DNA of 31,441 nt, from positions 1 through 31,441 of IMG/VR virus record IMGVR_UViG_3300032216_001307. One strand, written 5' to 3'. This stretch comes from a virus. Its lineage: Duplodnaviria; Caudoviricetes. Both the position numbers and the translations under genes were made by a program. Positions 1 to 7,665 of the stretch are shown piece after piece; the first letter of the stretch is position 1, and every line of letters begins with the position of its first letter. Under the pieces are notes generated by a model. That model saw only the letters and a program-made list of their open reading frames with translations. It had not been told where the DNA came from and made no database searches.

Positions 1-119
1 CGACTGGCAAACTGCACAGATTGAGCGTTTTAAAAAGATTCCTTATGCCCCCTCCGGTTTTTTGCGTCGGCATTGTCTGACATTTTTCAACTGCGACAAT
101 TTGACTGCGACAATTCATT

Positions 120-401
120 TCACTTTTTGCAAGGTTGTGTGGAGCGCCAGCGTTTCAAAGTGTCGGCAATTCTTTCGGATGTTTCACCTAATGAAAAGCT
201 GTGCGACCCAAGGCAGTGCGAGGCTATGACAGCTAGGTCGTAGGCGATCTCCCTCGCTTCATCTCGCTCGCGCTCCAGTTTGCGGCACAACGAAGCCACT
301 GGGGAGTCGTATGTGATTCCATCAAAAGTAGTGGAGACAAATGGCCGCATCCACTTTGATTGATTTTTGATAGCGGCATCCGTCTCTGGTGTGTCATTCA
401 T
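120..401 (-). CDS. hypothetical phage protein (TPETDA...RKLERERD type)
   Basis: ORF from ATG at 401 (MNDTPETDAA), overlapping the upstream stop; start not certain. Confidence 0.65.
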   Translation of the reverse strand: MNDTPETDAAIKNQSKWMRPFVSTTFDGITYDSPVASLCRKLERERDEAREIAYDLAVIASHCLGSHSFSLGETSERIADTLKRWRSTQPCKK

Positions 402-579
402 TGCTGGCCTCCTGGTTGAGTCGATCGACATAGTCCCATGCTAGGCGTGCTTGGGCTTCATAGTAGAGGGCGCGGAGCTTTGCCACGGCTTGAAGTGTGG
501 TCTCTTCGCTGGTGCAGAAGTCGGTGACGATGTTGGCGATCTGGCCCAGCATAGCGCCGTGCTTTTCTATTTCATTCAT
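394..579 (-). CDS. hypothetical protein
   Basis: 61 aa helical ORF with ATGA overlap to the upstream gene. Confidence 0.65.
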   Translation of the reverse strand: MNEIEKHGAMLGQIANIVTDFCTSEETTLQAVAKLRALYYEAQARLAWDYVDRLNQEASNE

Positions 580-1007
580 GGGTTGAGAAGTTCTTTGATT
601 CGCTCAGCTTGTTCAGCGAGAGGCTCAAGCATGCGCAAGGCGCGGTTGAGGCGTTCGTGGTCCCATTGTTCGTAATCGCCCGACTTATCGACCCATCGCT
701 GGAATCCACGCTCCAGCATATCGAGAACGGCCTCATCTCCTTCCAATCGCGGCTGTGGCTCCGGTGGCGGCTCGATGCCGAATTCCAGTTGGAAATCGGT
801 GACGGCGTCGATATAGACCTCCACGCCAAACTGGCGGATGCCGAATGCCTGAGACTTTGGCAGGAGCGTTTTGCAGATTTGGTGGAGCACGAGGAGTTGC
901 TTGTGGCCTTCCTGCCATTGTTCCTGCGTGGTGTCTTCCGGGATTTCCCAGAAGGTGAGCTGTTCCATTTTCTGGAACGATTGATTTGCGAGTATGAGGT
1001 CAAGCAT
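576..1007 (-). CDS. hypothetical protein
   Basis: 143 aa ORF packed between neighbours with short overlaps. Confidence 0.7.
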   Translation of the reverse strand: MLDLILANQSFQKMEQLTFWEIPEDTTQEQWQEGHKQLLVLHQICKTLLPKSQAFGIRQFGVEVYIDAVTDFQLEFGIEPPPEPQPRLEGDEAVLDMLERGFQRWVDKSGDYEQWDHERLNRALRMLEPLAEQAERIKELLNP

Positions 1008-1605
1008 TGGCTTTGATTAGGTAGCGAGCGCGGATGAGCGCAGCGAGGTTGGTTGGTGTTTTGGGTGCCGGTGCTTTGCCGGTTCCGGCGCGGCGTTGGC
1101 GGCGTTCGTCTGGGGAAAGTGCGGACCATCTGGCCTTGGCGGCATCGGCGTAGTTCTTCCGACTGGCTGCGGCCTTTTGCTGATATCCGTGGAAATTGAG
1201 TGCTCGCCCGAGTTTGTTGGCGTGCCAGTCGAGGAGTTGTTTGCTGATCTCGGCTCGTTGAGCCAATTTGGTCAGGCTCTCACCTGAGGAGTTGAGAAGC
1301 CAATATAGGGCCAAGAATCGCGTGCCGATGAGTTCCGTGTTTAGCTTCCCCGTTTTGGGGACCGCCACGGCAAAAGCGCGTGCCAGCGTGTCCGACTCGA
1401 TCTTCGTCGTGGCATCATGCCTTTGCTCACGGAGCCACGCCAACATCTGGCGGACTACCTGCGGCGTGGTGCCGACTTCTTCAGCCAGGATTTCTTCTGG
1501 CGTGTCGATGTCACTGGCAATGTCTGGCCAATAGTGCGGATCGGCCTGTTGTTTGGCAAATAACCGGTCAGCCTCTCTGGGCATTGTCGGGTAGGTGTTA
1601 ATCAT
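1000..1605 (-). CDS. putative HTH DNA-binding protein, candidate late-transcription regulator
   Basis: HTH-like segments EEILAEEVGTTPQVVRQML and SLTKLAQRAEISKQLLDWH; basic C-terminus; start may be 1659 or 1683. Confidence 0.55.
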   Translation of the reverse strand: MINTYPTMPREADRLFAKQQADPHYWPDIASDIDTPEEILAEEVGTTPQVVRQMLAWLREQRHDATTKIESDTLARAFAVAVPKTGKLNTELIGTRFLALYWLLNSSGESLTKLAQRAEISKQLLDWHANKLGRALNFHGYQQKAAASRKNYADAAKARWSALSPDERRQRRAGTGKAPAPKTPTNLAALIRARYLIKANA

Positions 1606-1672
1606 GTGAGGTGTTCGTTGTTTTGGCGTGAATCGAATACGCGGCTGGTCGCGTAGCATTTCGGGCAGGTTT

Positions 1673-1861
1673 TCATTCGTCAAATTGGCTGGTTAGGTGG
1701 TAATTGTTACAGACTGGGCAAAAATAGACGCGGAGCTTGCGGTTCTTGTTTCGGCGGGCGGTCATCAGGAATTTGAGATTGCTCTTGGCAGCCTTGAATG
1801 TCTTGAACCGGCGCTTCGACCAGCACATTTTCCACGCGATGAATGGAGGGACGGCTGTCAT
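1673..1861 (-). CDS. small basic zinc-finger protein
   Basis: C-x2-K...R-x-Y-x-CPxC-x3-HLTS motif; ATGA overlap with dnaB stop. Confidence 0.75.
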   Translation of the reverse strand: MTAVPPFIAWKMCWSKRRFKTFKAAKSNLKFLMTARRNKNRKLRVYFCPVCNNYHLTSQFDE

Positions 1862-3123
1862 TTTGCCTCCTCAAATCTGGCAATGTGGCCGTGCATTCGG
1901 ACAGGAATTGCCTTGTCGCGTTCTCCGTTGCGGTTCTTGTCTATGCGCAGCACCTTGCCTTCGTCGCCTTTGGCGATGATCCAGACATGATCGGCGTGGT
2001 GAGAAATGGCACGCGATTCGCGCAAGCGGCCTTCGTCGTTGAGTTGGGACGCCGTGCCGACGGTGATGTCGAGTTGCAGCGCCAAGCCTTTCAGCCGTCG
2101 GGTGATCTCCGAGACATGCTGCTCGCGTGTCTCGTTCTTGCCGAGGGTGCGCAAGGCCACAAGTTGGATGTAATCGACGATGAGCAGGTCAAGCTGGCCT
2201 TTGCTGTGCGCTTCGCGGGCAGTGGATTCGATGGATTCCCAGTCGGAAAAGTCCGATTCGATGCGGAGATTGGTTCGTTTAAACGCCGCAAGAGCCTGGT
2301 GCATTCGCGCCATGTCTTGTTGGATCATGCCTTCCGCGGCGGTCTTCACGCGGTGGCCGGTGAAGTTCGACAGCATCCTGCCGAATACCTGCTTGGCCGG
2401 CATCTCAAGCGAGAATATCAGCACATGCTTGAGCTTTTCCGCCGCGTCGAGTGCCACCTGTTGCAAAATGATCGATTTTCCGCCAGATGTCTCGGCCGCT
2501 ACGACGAAGAGTTCGCCGCGCTTCGGTCCGCCGCCGGTCAGGGCGTCCAGTGACGGCAGGCGCGTCGAGAATGCCTCGGGCGGCTCCGTGCGCTCGATCT
2601 CGGCCAGCCATTCGTCCATTGTCTGTGCCAGAGTCTTGCGCGGGCGGTCCACAAGGGCTGAGATTTCAGCGAGACGCCCGGAGACGGCTGCGATGTCGCC
2701 TTCCATTGTCCTAAACGAAATGGCAGCCTCTGAGGCCGCTTGTTGGGCCTGCCGGTAGCGGGCAGCGGTCAGGAGTTGTTCCCGATACCAGAGCGCCGTC
2801 TTCGGGTCGCCTGTGGGGAAAAATGACAGGATTTCCATCAGCGCCTGCGGTCCACCGACTGTGTTTAGTGTCCCGGCTGTCTCCATAAGCGATACTATGG
2901 TGAGCGGATTCGACGGTGCGTTGGTCGCTCGGCAGGCTTTGGCCGCTTGCAGGATGAGCTTGTGGGCTTCTGAAAAAAACAACTCATCCGGCCAAGTTGC
3001 CAGGTCGAGCGTTCCTAGGTGCTGGACAATGCAGGAGAGCGCCACTTTTTCCGCTGTGTCGTTCCGCGGGACTGCTGGCGGCATGGCAATGATCTCTGCT
3101 CTTTGGGGTGTGTAGGTTGGCAT
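1858..3123 (-). CDS. dnaB: DnaB-like replicative helicase
   Basis: N-terminal DnaB domain (AEKVALSC, FFSEAHKLI), Walker A AAETSGGKS, FSLEM, IVDYIQL, SQLN, LRESRAISHHAD, KNRNG. Confidence 0.95.
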   Translation of the reverse strand: MPTYTPQRAEIIAMPPAVPRNDTAEKVALSCIVQHLGTLDLATWPDELFFSEAHKLILQAAKACRATNAPSNPLTIVSLMETAGTLNTVGGPQALMEILSFFPTGDPKTALWYREQLLTAARYRQAQQAASEAAISFRTMEGDIAAVSGRLAEISALVDRPRKTLAQTMDEWLAEIERTEPPEAFSTRLPSLDALTGGGPKRGELFVVAAETSGGKSIILQQVALDAAEKLKHVLIFSLEMPAKQVFGRMLSNFTGHRVKTAAEGMIQQDMARMHQALAAFKRTNLRIESDFSDWESIESTAREAHSKGQLDLLIVDYIQLVALRTLGKNETREQHVSEITRRLKGLALQLDITVGTASQLNDEGRLRESRAISHHADHVWIIAKGDEGKVLRIDKNRNGERDKAIPVRMHGHIARFEEAK

Positions 3124-3129
3124 ATTTTA

Positions 3130-3588
3130 TTACAGGCAGCGCTGCGGTTCTGGTTGGGGGTTCTTTGAACCCCCTATTATCTTCTCTTCTCTAGTCACGT
3201 TTTGGTCACGCTGCGGGCGTGACATTTTCGTGACAGCTTCTTTGGCGCGTTGCTTCCACTTTCTTTGCGTTGCAAGTCCACGCTCTTTAGCGGTTTGGCT
3301 GTTGTGGCGGTCAAAGTTTGTAAACTCGATTTTCTCGCCTTTGATGCGAATCCATCCGCAGTTTGCGAGTGCTTCGTCGAACTGCTCGCAACGTGTGATT
3401 TCGCGGATGACACGGAGAGCCGTGACACTTGTCACGCCGTCAGCGTGACAATTCCGTGACGCCCAAGCCCACACCTTCACGAGCTTCCCGACCACCGTAT
3501 CCGGGTCTAATCCGGTCTGTTCAGCGATAGCCGACACCTCGATCTTTTCGTGTAAGTGGTTTTCAACCTTAATCCATTCTCCAGCCAT
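3130..3588 (-). CDS. phage replication initiator (N-terminal wHTH type)
   Basis: MAGEWIKVE..L.EK.EV..IA...VVGKLVKVWAWA..GWI..NFDRHN pattern; directly upstream of dnaB; contains iteron-like repeats. Confidence 0.75.
   Translation of the reverse strand: MAGEWIKVENHLHEKIEVSAIAEQTGLDPDTVVGKLVKVWAWASRNCHADGVTSVTALRVIREITRCEQFDEALANCGWIRIKGEKIEFTNFDRHNSQTAKERGLATQRKWKQRAKEAVTKMSRPQRDQNVTREEKIIGGSKNPQPEPQRCL
3194..3460. repeat. iteron-like CGTGAC/GTCACG repeats, putative replication origin
   Basis: copies at 3194, 3205, 3218, 3229, 3421, 3431, 3444, 3455; direct pairs are 11 bp apart. Confidence 0.65.
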
Positions 3589-3589
3589 A

Positions 3590-3817
3590 TTATTTCATCG
3601 CCTCCAGTCGCATTTTGTCCGCAGGGAGGCCGACGCCTGAGCAGTCGCCGAGTGCCTTGCAGAGATCGCGGTAAAATGCAGAGTTCAAGAATGCAATCGC
3701 TGTCCTTTGGTAGCGTTCGCGGTTGTTTTTGAGATTGTTGCGCAGGTAGTCGCGGTCATTCTTGGCGTCGAGCACGGCTTGGCGGATCATCGCGCAGAGC
3801 AGCCGGCGGGTATACAT
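3590..3817 (-). CDS. hypothetical protein (LLCAMIRQAVLD motif)
   Basis: protein-like C-terminal part of the 140 aa ORF; start at 3817 or 3868 because the upstream part is occupied by a zinc-finger gene in another frame. Confidence 0.6.
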   Translation of the reverse strand: MYTRRLLCAMIRQAVLDAKNDRDYLRNNLKNNRERYQRTAIAFLNSAFYRDLCKALGDCSGVGLPADKMRLEAMK

Positions 3818-3828
3818 GACCTCGTTGT

Positions 3829-4008
3829 CTACTTGCTCGTCAGGTGAAATTTGTGGCAAATCGGGCATGCATATCTTCGCAGACTCTTCTTGCGGTTGCG
3901 GCGGGCGAGCCGCACTTCGGCGAGTTTGAGTGCCACGGTGCGCTCGCTGGGGTAGGCTTTTTTGCTCAGGCACATGTCCCATATTGTTTCTGGTAGATAT
4001 TCCCTCAC
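3829..4008 (-). CDS. small basic zinc-finger protein, paralog of 1673-1861 (not in ORF track)
   Basis: GTG start; MREYLPETIWDMCLSKKAYPSERTVALKLAEVRLARRNRKKSLRRYACPICHKFHLTSK, 59 aa. Confidence 0.75.
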   Translation of the reverse strand: MREYLPETIWDMCLSKKAYPSERTVALKLAEVRLARRNRKKSLRRYACPICHKFHLTSK

Positions 4009-4200
4009 TCATTTCGTTTTCTTCCCATGGTGGGTCTTGATGTATTTGCGGACGCTCTCCGCATCAGCCTCCGCCTGCGGGCGTTCCTCCAGCGCGTATG
4101 TGTGCTGGTAGGGCGGCAAAGGCACGCCGCGCTCGAGCCTCGGGCCGATCGGGCAGGCGTTGGCGCAGATTGCCAAGCGGAGGGTGATTTCAGGGAGCAT
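4009..4200 (-). CDS. hypothetical protein
   Basis: 63 aa ORF that fills the gap in the operon. Confidence 0.6.
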   Translation of the reverse strand: MLPEITLRLAICANACPIGPRLERGVPLPPYQHTYALEERPQAEADAESVRKYIKTHHGKKTK

Positions 4201-5188
4201 GGGGGGTAATAAACAATGAAATCAAAGAATCCCCATGGCACCTTTGAGGGTAGCAATGGCAGCAAAGAACTTTCCCATTCAGTTCACTTACAGACTCGGT
4301 AAACGAATCCTTGTTTGGTGCGTAATGCTTTTCAAAGCAGTCGCAAACACGATCTCGATCGCCGTCCGGCCCAAGGATGAACGGGTTGCCCCATTTGCTC
4401 GTGCGATCAATGGCCAGCATTTTCCCGTTTTGGCTGCCCCATTGGATTAGATGCTTGTCGCGTTGGAAGTTGGCGACAACGGTCTCCCCAGCTTCCACTT
4501 TGGCCTTTCTTTCTAGCTCATCTGGAAGCCACTCCGGTTCGGTAGGCTTGCGGGCAGCCTCCTTGCGGGCCTCCTGCATTGTGGTCTTCCCGGCCTTAAG
4601 CTTCTCAAAGACCTCGGGAGCTTCATTGCGAAGCTTAGCGGCCTGACTGATATAGGTGCGGTTGGTGCCAAACAACTCAGCGGCCTTTGTATCTGCCACA
4701 TTTCGATTGGGCGAAACTGCAACAATTTTTTGTTGCAGTTTTTCAAAAAACTCTTGTGTGTCACCATCGCTGGCATCGCGAATCGCCTGCGCTTCTGGAC
4801 ATAGTTCTTTTTGCGGTGAATCTTCCGGCAGTTTTTTTGGTCTTCCACCAACATTCTTTGATGCCTCATCTCGGATTTTAGCCATCAACTCTTCAGCCTC
4901 AACCGCTAGTGCCGCCTTTTGCCCGCTGGGCATATTACGACGCTTGTTGGTTCGAAGGGTATAGGCCAAAGCTTCAGCATCATTGTCACCGCAAGCAAAC
5001 TCCAAGATCGGCGGCTTGATGTTGAGAATTTGGCAGGCTCTCCACCTATTCCATCCATCGAGGATGTCGCCTTGGTAAGTGATGATTGGCAGGGTTTGGT
5101 CGTAGCCGTTGCTACGGATGTCCTCAAGAAGCTCCTTGAAGTCTTCTTCTTTGGCTTCGGGGAAGATATTGAATGCGTGTTTTTTCAT
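4190..5188 (-). CDS. ParB/Srx-like N-terminal domain + HTH + DUF4326 fusion protein
   Basis: ParB-like IFP...LLEDIRSNG..PII...ILDGWNRWRAC...NKRRNM; HTH AAELFGTNRTYISQA; DUF4326 IDRTSKWGNPF...GKVLCCHCYPQRCHGD; ATG at 5188 overlaps the HNH stop. Confidence 0.85.
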   Translation of the reverse strand: MKKHAFNIFPEAKEEDFKELLEDIRSNGYDQTLPIITYQGDILDGWNRWRACQILNIKPPILEFACGDNDAEALAYTLRTNKRRNMPSGQKAALAVEAEELMAKIRDEASKNVGGRPKKLPEDSPQKELCPEAQAIRDASDGDTQEFFEKLQQKIVAVSPNRNVADTKAAELFGTNRTYISQAAKLRNEAPEVFEKLKAGKTTMQEARKEAARKPTEPEWLPDELERKAKVEAGETVVANFQRDKHLIQWGSQNGKMLAIDRTSKWGNPFILGPDGDRDRVCDCFEKHYAPNKDSFTESVSELNGKVLCCHCYPQRCHGDSLISLFITPHAP

Positions 5189-5412
5189 AAGTTGTGTATT
5201 TCTTTGTGGCACTTGCGACAGACCGCCATCAGGCAATCATCGCCGTATTCCCATGGTAGTTTGTTAAGGTCATAGCTTCGGTGGTGAACAGAAGTGGCTG
5301 GTTGTCCACAACGCACACATTGGAAGTTTCTTGCTCGCAGTATGGCCAACCGTCTGGCTTGCCATCGCGGGTCATTGAGAAGAGCGGGATAGAACCGCCG
5401 TTCGACTTTTTT
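5185..5412 (-). CDS. HNH endonuclease domain, probably reached by a -1 frameshift
   Basis: YPALLNDPRWQARRLAIL..FQCVRCG...VHHRSY...PWEY....VCRKCHKEIH; overlaps the 284 aa ORF in the -1 frame and begins at A_AAA_AAG (5406-5412). Confidence 0.8.
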   Translation of the reverse strand, partial: KKVERRFYPALLNDPRWQARRLAILRARNFQCVRCGQPATSVHHRSYDLNKLPWEYGDDCLMAVCRKCHKEIHNL

Positions 5413-6083
5413 AGCCGGTGGAGATGGACTCCAACCCAAACATTTCGGTGGTCTCGCATGTTCCCCATCAGGAGCCAGTGTTCCCAATCGGGATTACCGA
5501 TCTGCATATTATTGTAGATGCTCCATGGCTGAGTCGGGTTTCTACGCAGCCCCTCGTAAACCTCTCGCGCCACGAGATGCGTCTTGTGGGATTTTCCCTG
5601 CTCGCTTATCCATTGAAGATAGGGTTTTTGCCAGTGTTGAGCCTGTGCTTTAATCCACCCAAACTCCTCATCATCTTCGACAGGCGTAGGCATTTTCATG
5701 TCCATTGCCGCTGTCATTGTATCGCGACGGATTTTGACCATTGCAATACTCCCACGCCGTTCATTCATATAGTCTTGGCAGTCGTCAAGACCGCTCTTTA
5801 ATATGCAGGCTTCTAAAATTTCCCTTTTGTTTTCAGGGCATGTAATTGGAGCTTCAATGACTTCCTGAAAATTTACCTTGTAGCTTTCTCTTCGGTTGTC
5901 TTTTTGAGACTTTTCAACTTCCAACCGAATTTTACTCCAGACGGGGAATGATTCATGAGCTGGCAATGGATAGACCCGAATCAATCCAAGTTCCTCACTT
6001 AAAATAATCGCGCACATAGTTTTTCTGCCGTCTTTGCAGATATTTGGCGCTCCCACTCCGAGTAAAATTCCTGTTGCTTTCAT
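5229..6083 (-). CDS. putative dual-OB-fold-like nucleic-acid-binding protein (family usually next to DUF488)
   Basis: motifs P...TMCA...GLIRVYPLP...F...D.R.ESYKV and C-terminal LLMGN resemble that family; recognised from memory. Confidence 0.55.
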   Translation of the reverse strand: MKATGILLGVGAPNICKDGRKTMCAIILSEELGLIRVYPLPAHESFPVWSKIRLEVEKSQKDNRRESYKVNFQEVIEAPITCPENKREILEACILKSGLDDCQDYMNERRGSIAMVKIRRDTMTAAMDMKMPTPVEDDEEFGWIKAQAQHWQKPYLQWISEQGKSHKTHLVAREVYEGLRRNPTQPWSIYNNMQIGNPDWEHWLLMGNMRDHRNVWVGVHLHRLKKSNGGSIPLFSMTRDGKPDGWPYCEQETSNVCVVDNQPLLFTTEAMTLTNYHGNTAMIA

Positions 6084-6130
6084 AGTTCCTTTGCGCGTAT
6101 CCCGCCGCGCCCCGGTCGCTGAGGGTTAGG

Positions 6131-6559
6131 TTAAAACGGAATCTCGTCGGACTCTTGCTTCTTGGTCGGATTGGCGGGTTGCTTGGCTTCCAGCCAGCGC
6201 TCGATGGTATTGAATCGCGCATTCGGATTGGTGCTTCCGGCCTCCTCGCCTAAGACCACCCATGCCGACATGCCGACAAAATCCTCGGCCTCGATCGTGA
6301 CCTCTTCTCCTGGCACGACGGCTTGCCCGAGGGCTTGGCGCACTTGGTCAATTTTCCATGCGGCCTTGGCGGTAAAGGTCAGGTGCTCGGAGATTTCTGG
6401 CCCGTTGGTGCCGTCTGGCATTTTCACTCGGCATGTGAGCTTGATCATCGAGTTCCCTGCTTGGCTGGTCTTCTCGACGCCGTTGGTGATCTCGATCTCG
6501 TATTTTCCCGGTTCGACGAAATATGTCTCGCGGGGTTCGGTTTGTGTGTAACTTGGCAT
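6131..6559 (-). CDS. ssb: DUF669 single-stranded DNA-binding protein
   Basis: PGKYEIEI...SQAGNSMIKL...F...AAWK; acidic C-terminus SDEIPF; follows Sak4-like and exonuclease genes. Confidence 0.85.
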   Translation of the reverse strand: MPSYTQTEPRETYFVEPGKYEIEITNGVEKTSQAGNSMIKLTCRVKMPDGTNGPEISEHLTFTAKAAWKIDQVRQALGQAVVPGEEVTIEAEDFVGMSAWVVLGEEAGSTNPNARFNTIERWLEAKQPANPTKKQESDEIPF

Positions 6560-6651
6560 TTTTTTGTAGTTGGTTGATTGTTTGGTCCGCGTTTTTTGGG
6601 ATGCGCGGCCCCCCTTTGCCCCTGCTCGGGCTTTATAGGCCTGCGAGGAAA

Positions 6652-7665
6652 TTATTTGGTTTTGTTGGTGACTTGACGCATTTGCTTTGTGCCTGGTGCT
6701 GTCTTCACAAACTGGTATGGGTTTTCGATTTGCAGTTCTTCGGCGAGTTCAAGGAACTTCTCCGCACTCATCTTCCCGCCACCTATGAGGAATGCGCGAC
6801 CGGCATCGAGCTTTGACGCCGTTTCCACGGCTGTATTGGCTTCGATGTATTCCTTTTCCTTGGGGTTGGTGAGCTTCCAGCCGGGAATCTCTTCCTTGGC
6901 CTCAAGGCGCGCTCTGAGTGCATCAAGAACAGGCTCGGCGATGTGCTTCTCTGCGGTCTTCCAATTTGAGGCAAATACGCTCATCTGAATCGGATCGGCC
7001 ATGATCTCTGCCAGCATCTTGTCAACGCTCAGGCCGTCCGTTTTGACCAAAGCCAAGGCGCCCTCTGCCTGACGCACGATGGCTTTGCAGGAATTGAAAT
7101 TGGCGCACCAGCCGCAGTATTCATTCGGCGTAGGCTTGGCATCCTCGCTTGTGGCCTCGGCGATCCATTCCTGCGTAATCTGCTCGGCTTCTGAGCGGGT
7201 GAAGTCGTAGGACCGCACGAGCCGCTGATCTATGTAGATCACATGCGCGGTCCAAGACTCTGCGAAATGATCCTCCATGCAGGCAAGGGCGTAGGCTGCG
7301 AGCTGCTGGCGGTAATTTCTGACTTGGCCGCTTTTTACATCTGCCACCCAGCGCTTGCGCTTGCAAAGAGCGTCAGAGGTGCCGAGCTTCGAGAGTCCCG
7401 GCACTGCCATGGCGAGATACTCTTCGCGGGTCTCAACATGCTCGCCACTAGATAGCTTGAGGAGCGTGCGAATGCCCCAAGCGGCAGATTCTTGGTCGGC
7501 GATAGGCAACTGTTGCAAATGTGACTCATCGCCATCCATTGCAAACCGAAGCGCCTTATCAATAGCCGTCCCGCGCTCGGCTGCCGCCGACGCACCGGAT
7601 GCGCCAACAAATACGGCACATTCCGCGAGCTTCGGTGCCATGGAGGGGGTGAGTTCTTTACTCAC
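6652..7665 (-). CDS. PD-(D/E)XK exonuclease (Cas4/DUF2800-like)
   Basis: PS...C, RGT, GTSD, DVKSG, QLAAY, P..YCGWC....C, IPGWKL. Confidence 0.85.
   Translation of the reverse strand: MSKELTPSMAPKLAECAVFVGASGASAAAERGTAIDKALRFAMDGDESHLQQLPIADQESAAWGIRTLLKLSSGEHVETREEYLAMAVPGLSKLGTSDALCKRKRWVADVKSGQVRNYRQQLAAYALACMEDHFAESWTAHVIYIDQRLVRSYDFTRSEAEQITQEWIAEATSEDAKPTPNEYCGWCANFNSCKAIVRQAEGALALVKTDGLSVDKMLAEIMADPIQMSVFASNWKTAEKHIAEPVLDALRARLEAKEEIPGWKLTNPKEKEYIEANTAVETASKLDAGRAFLIGGGKMSAEKFLELAEELQIENPYQFVKTAPGTKQMRQVTNKTK

Noticed and set aside
4190-5188. ParB-methyltransferase fusion
   Set aside because: No DPPY/FxGxG or MT-A70 motifs; the C-terminus fits DUF4326
6652-7665. Cas4 / CRISPR system
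   Set aside because: No repeat-spacer array or other cas genes; context is the Sak4-exonuclease-SSB recombination module
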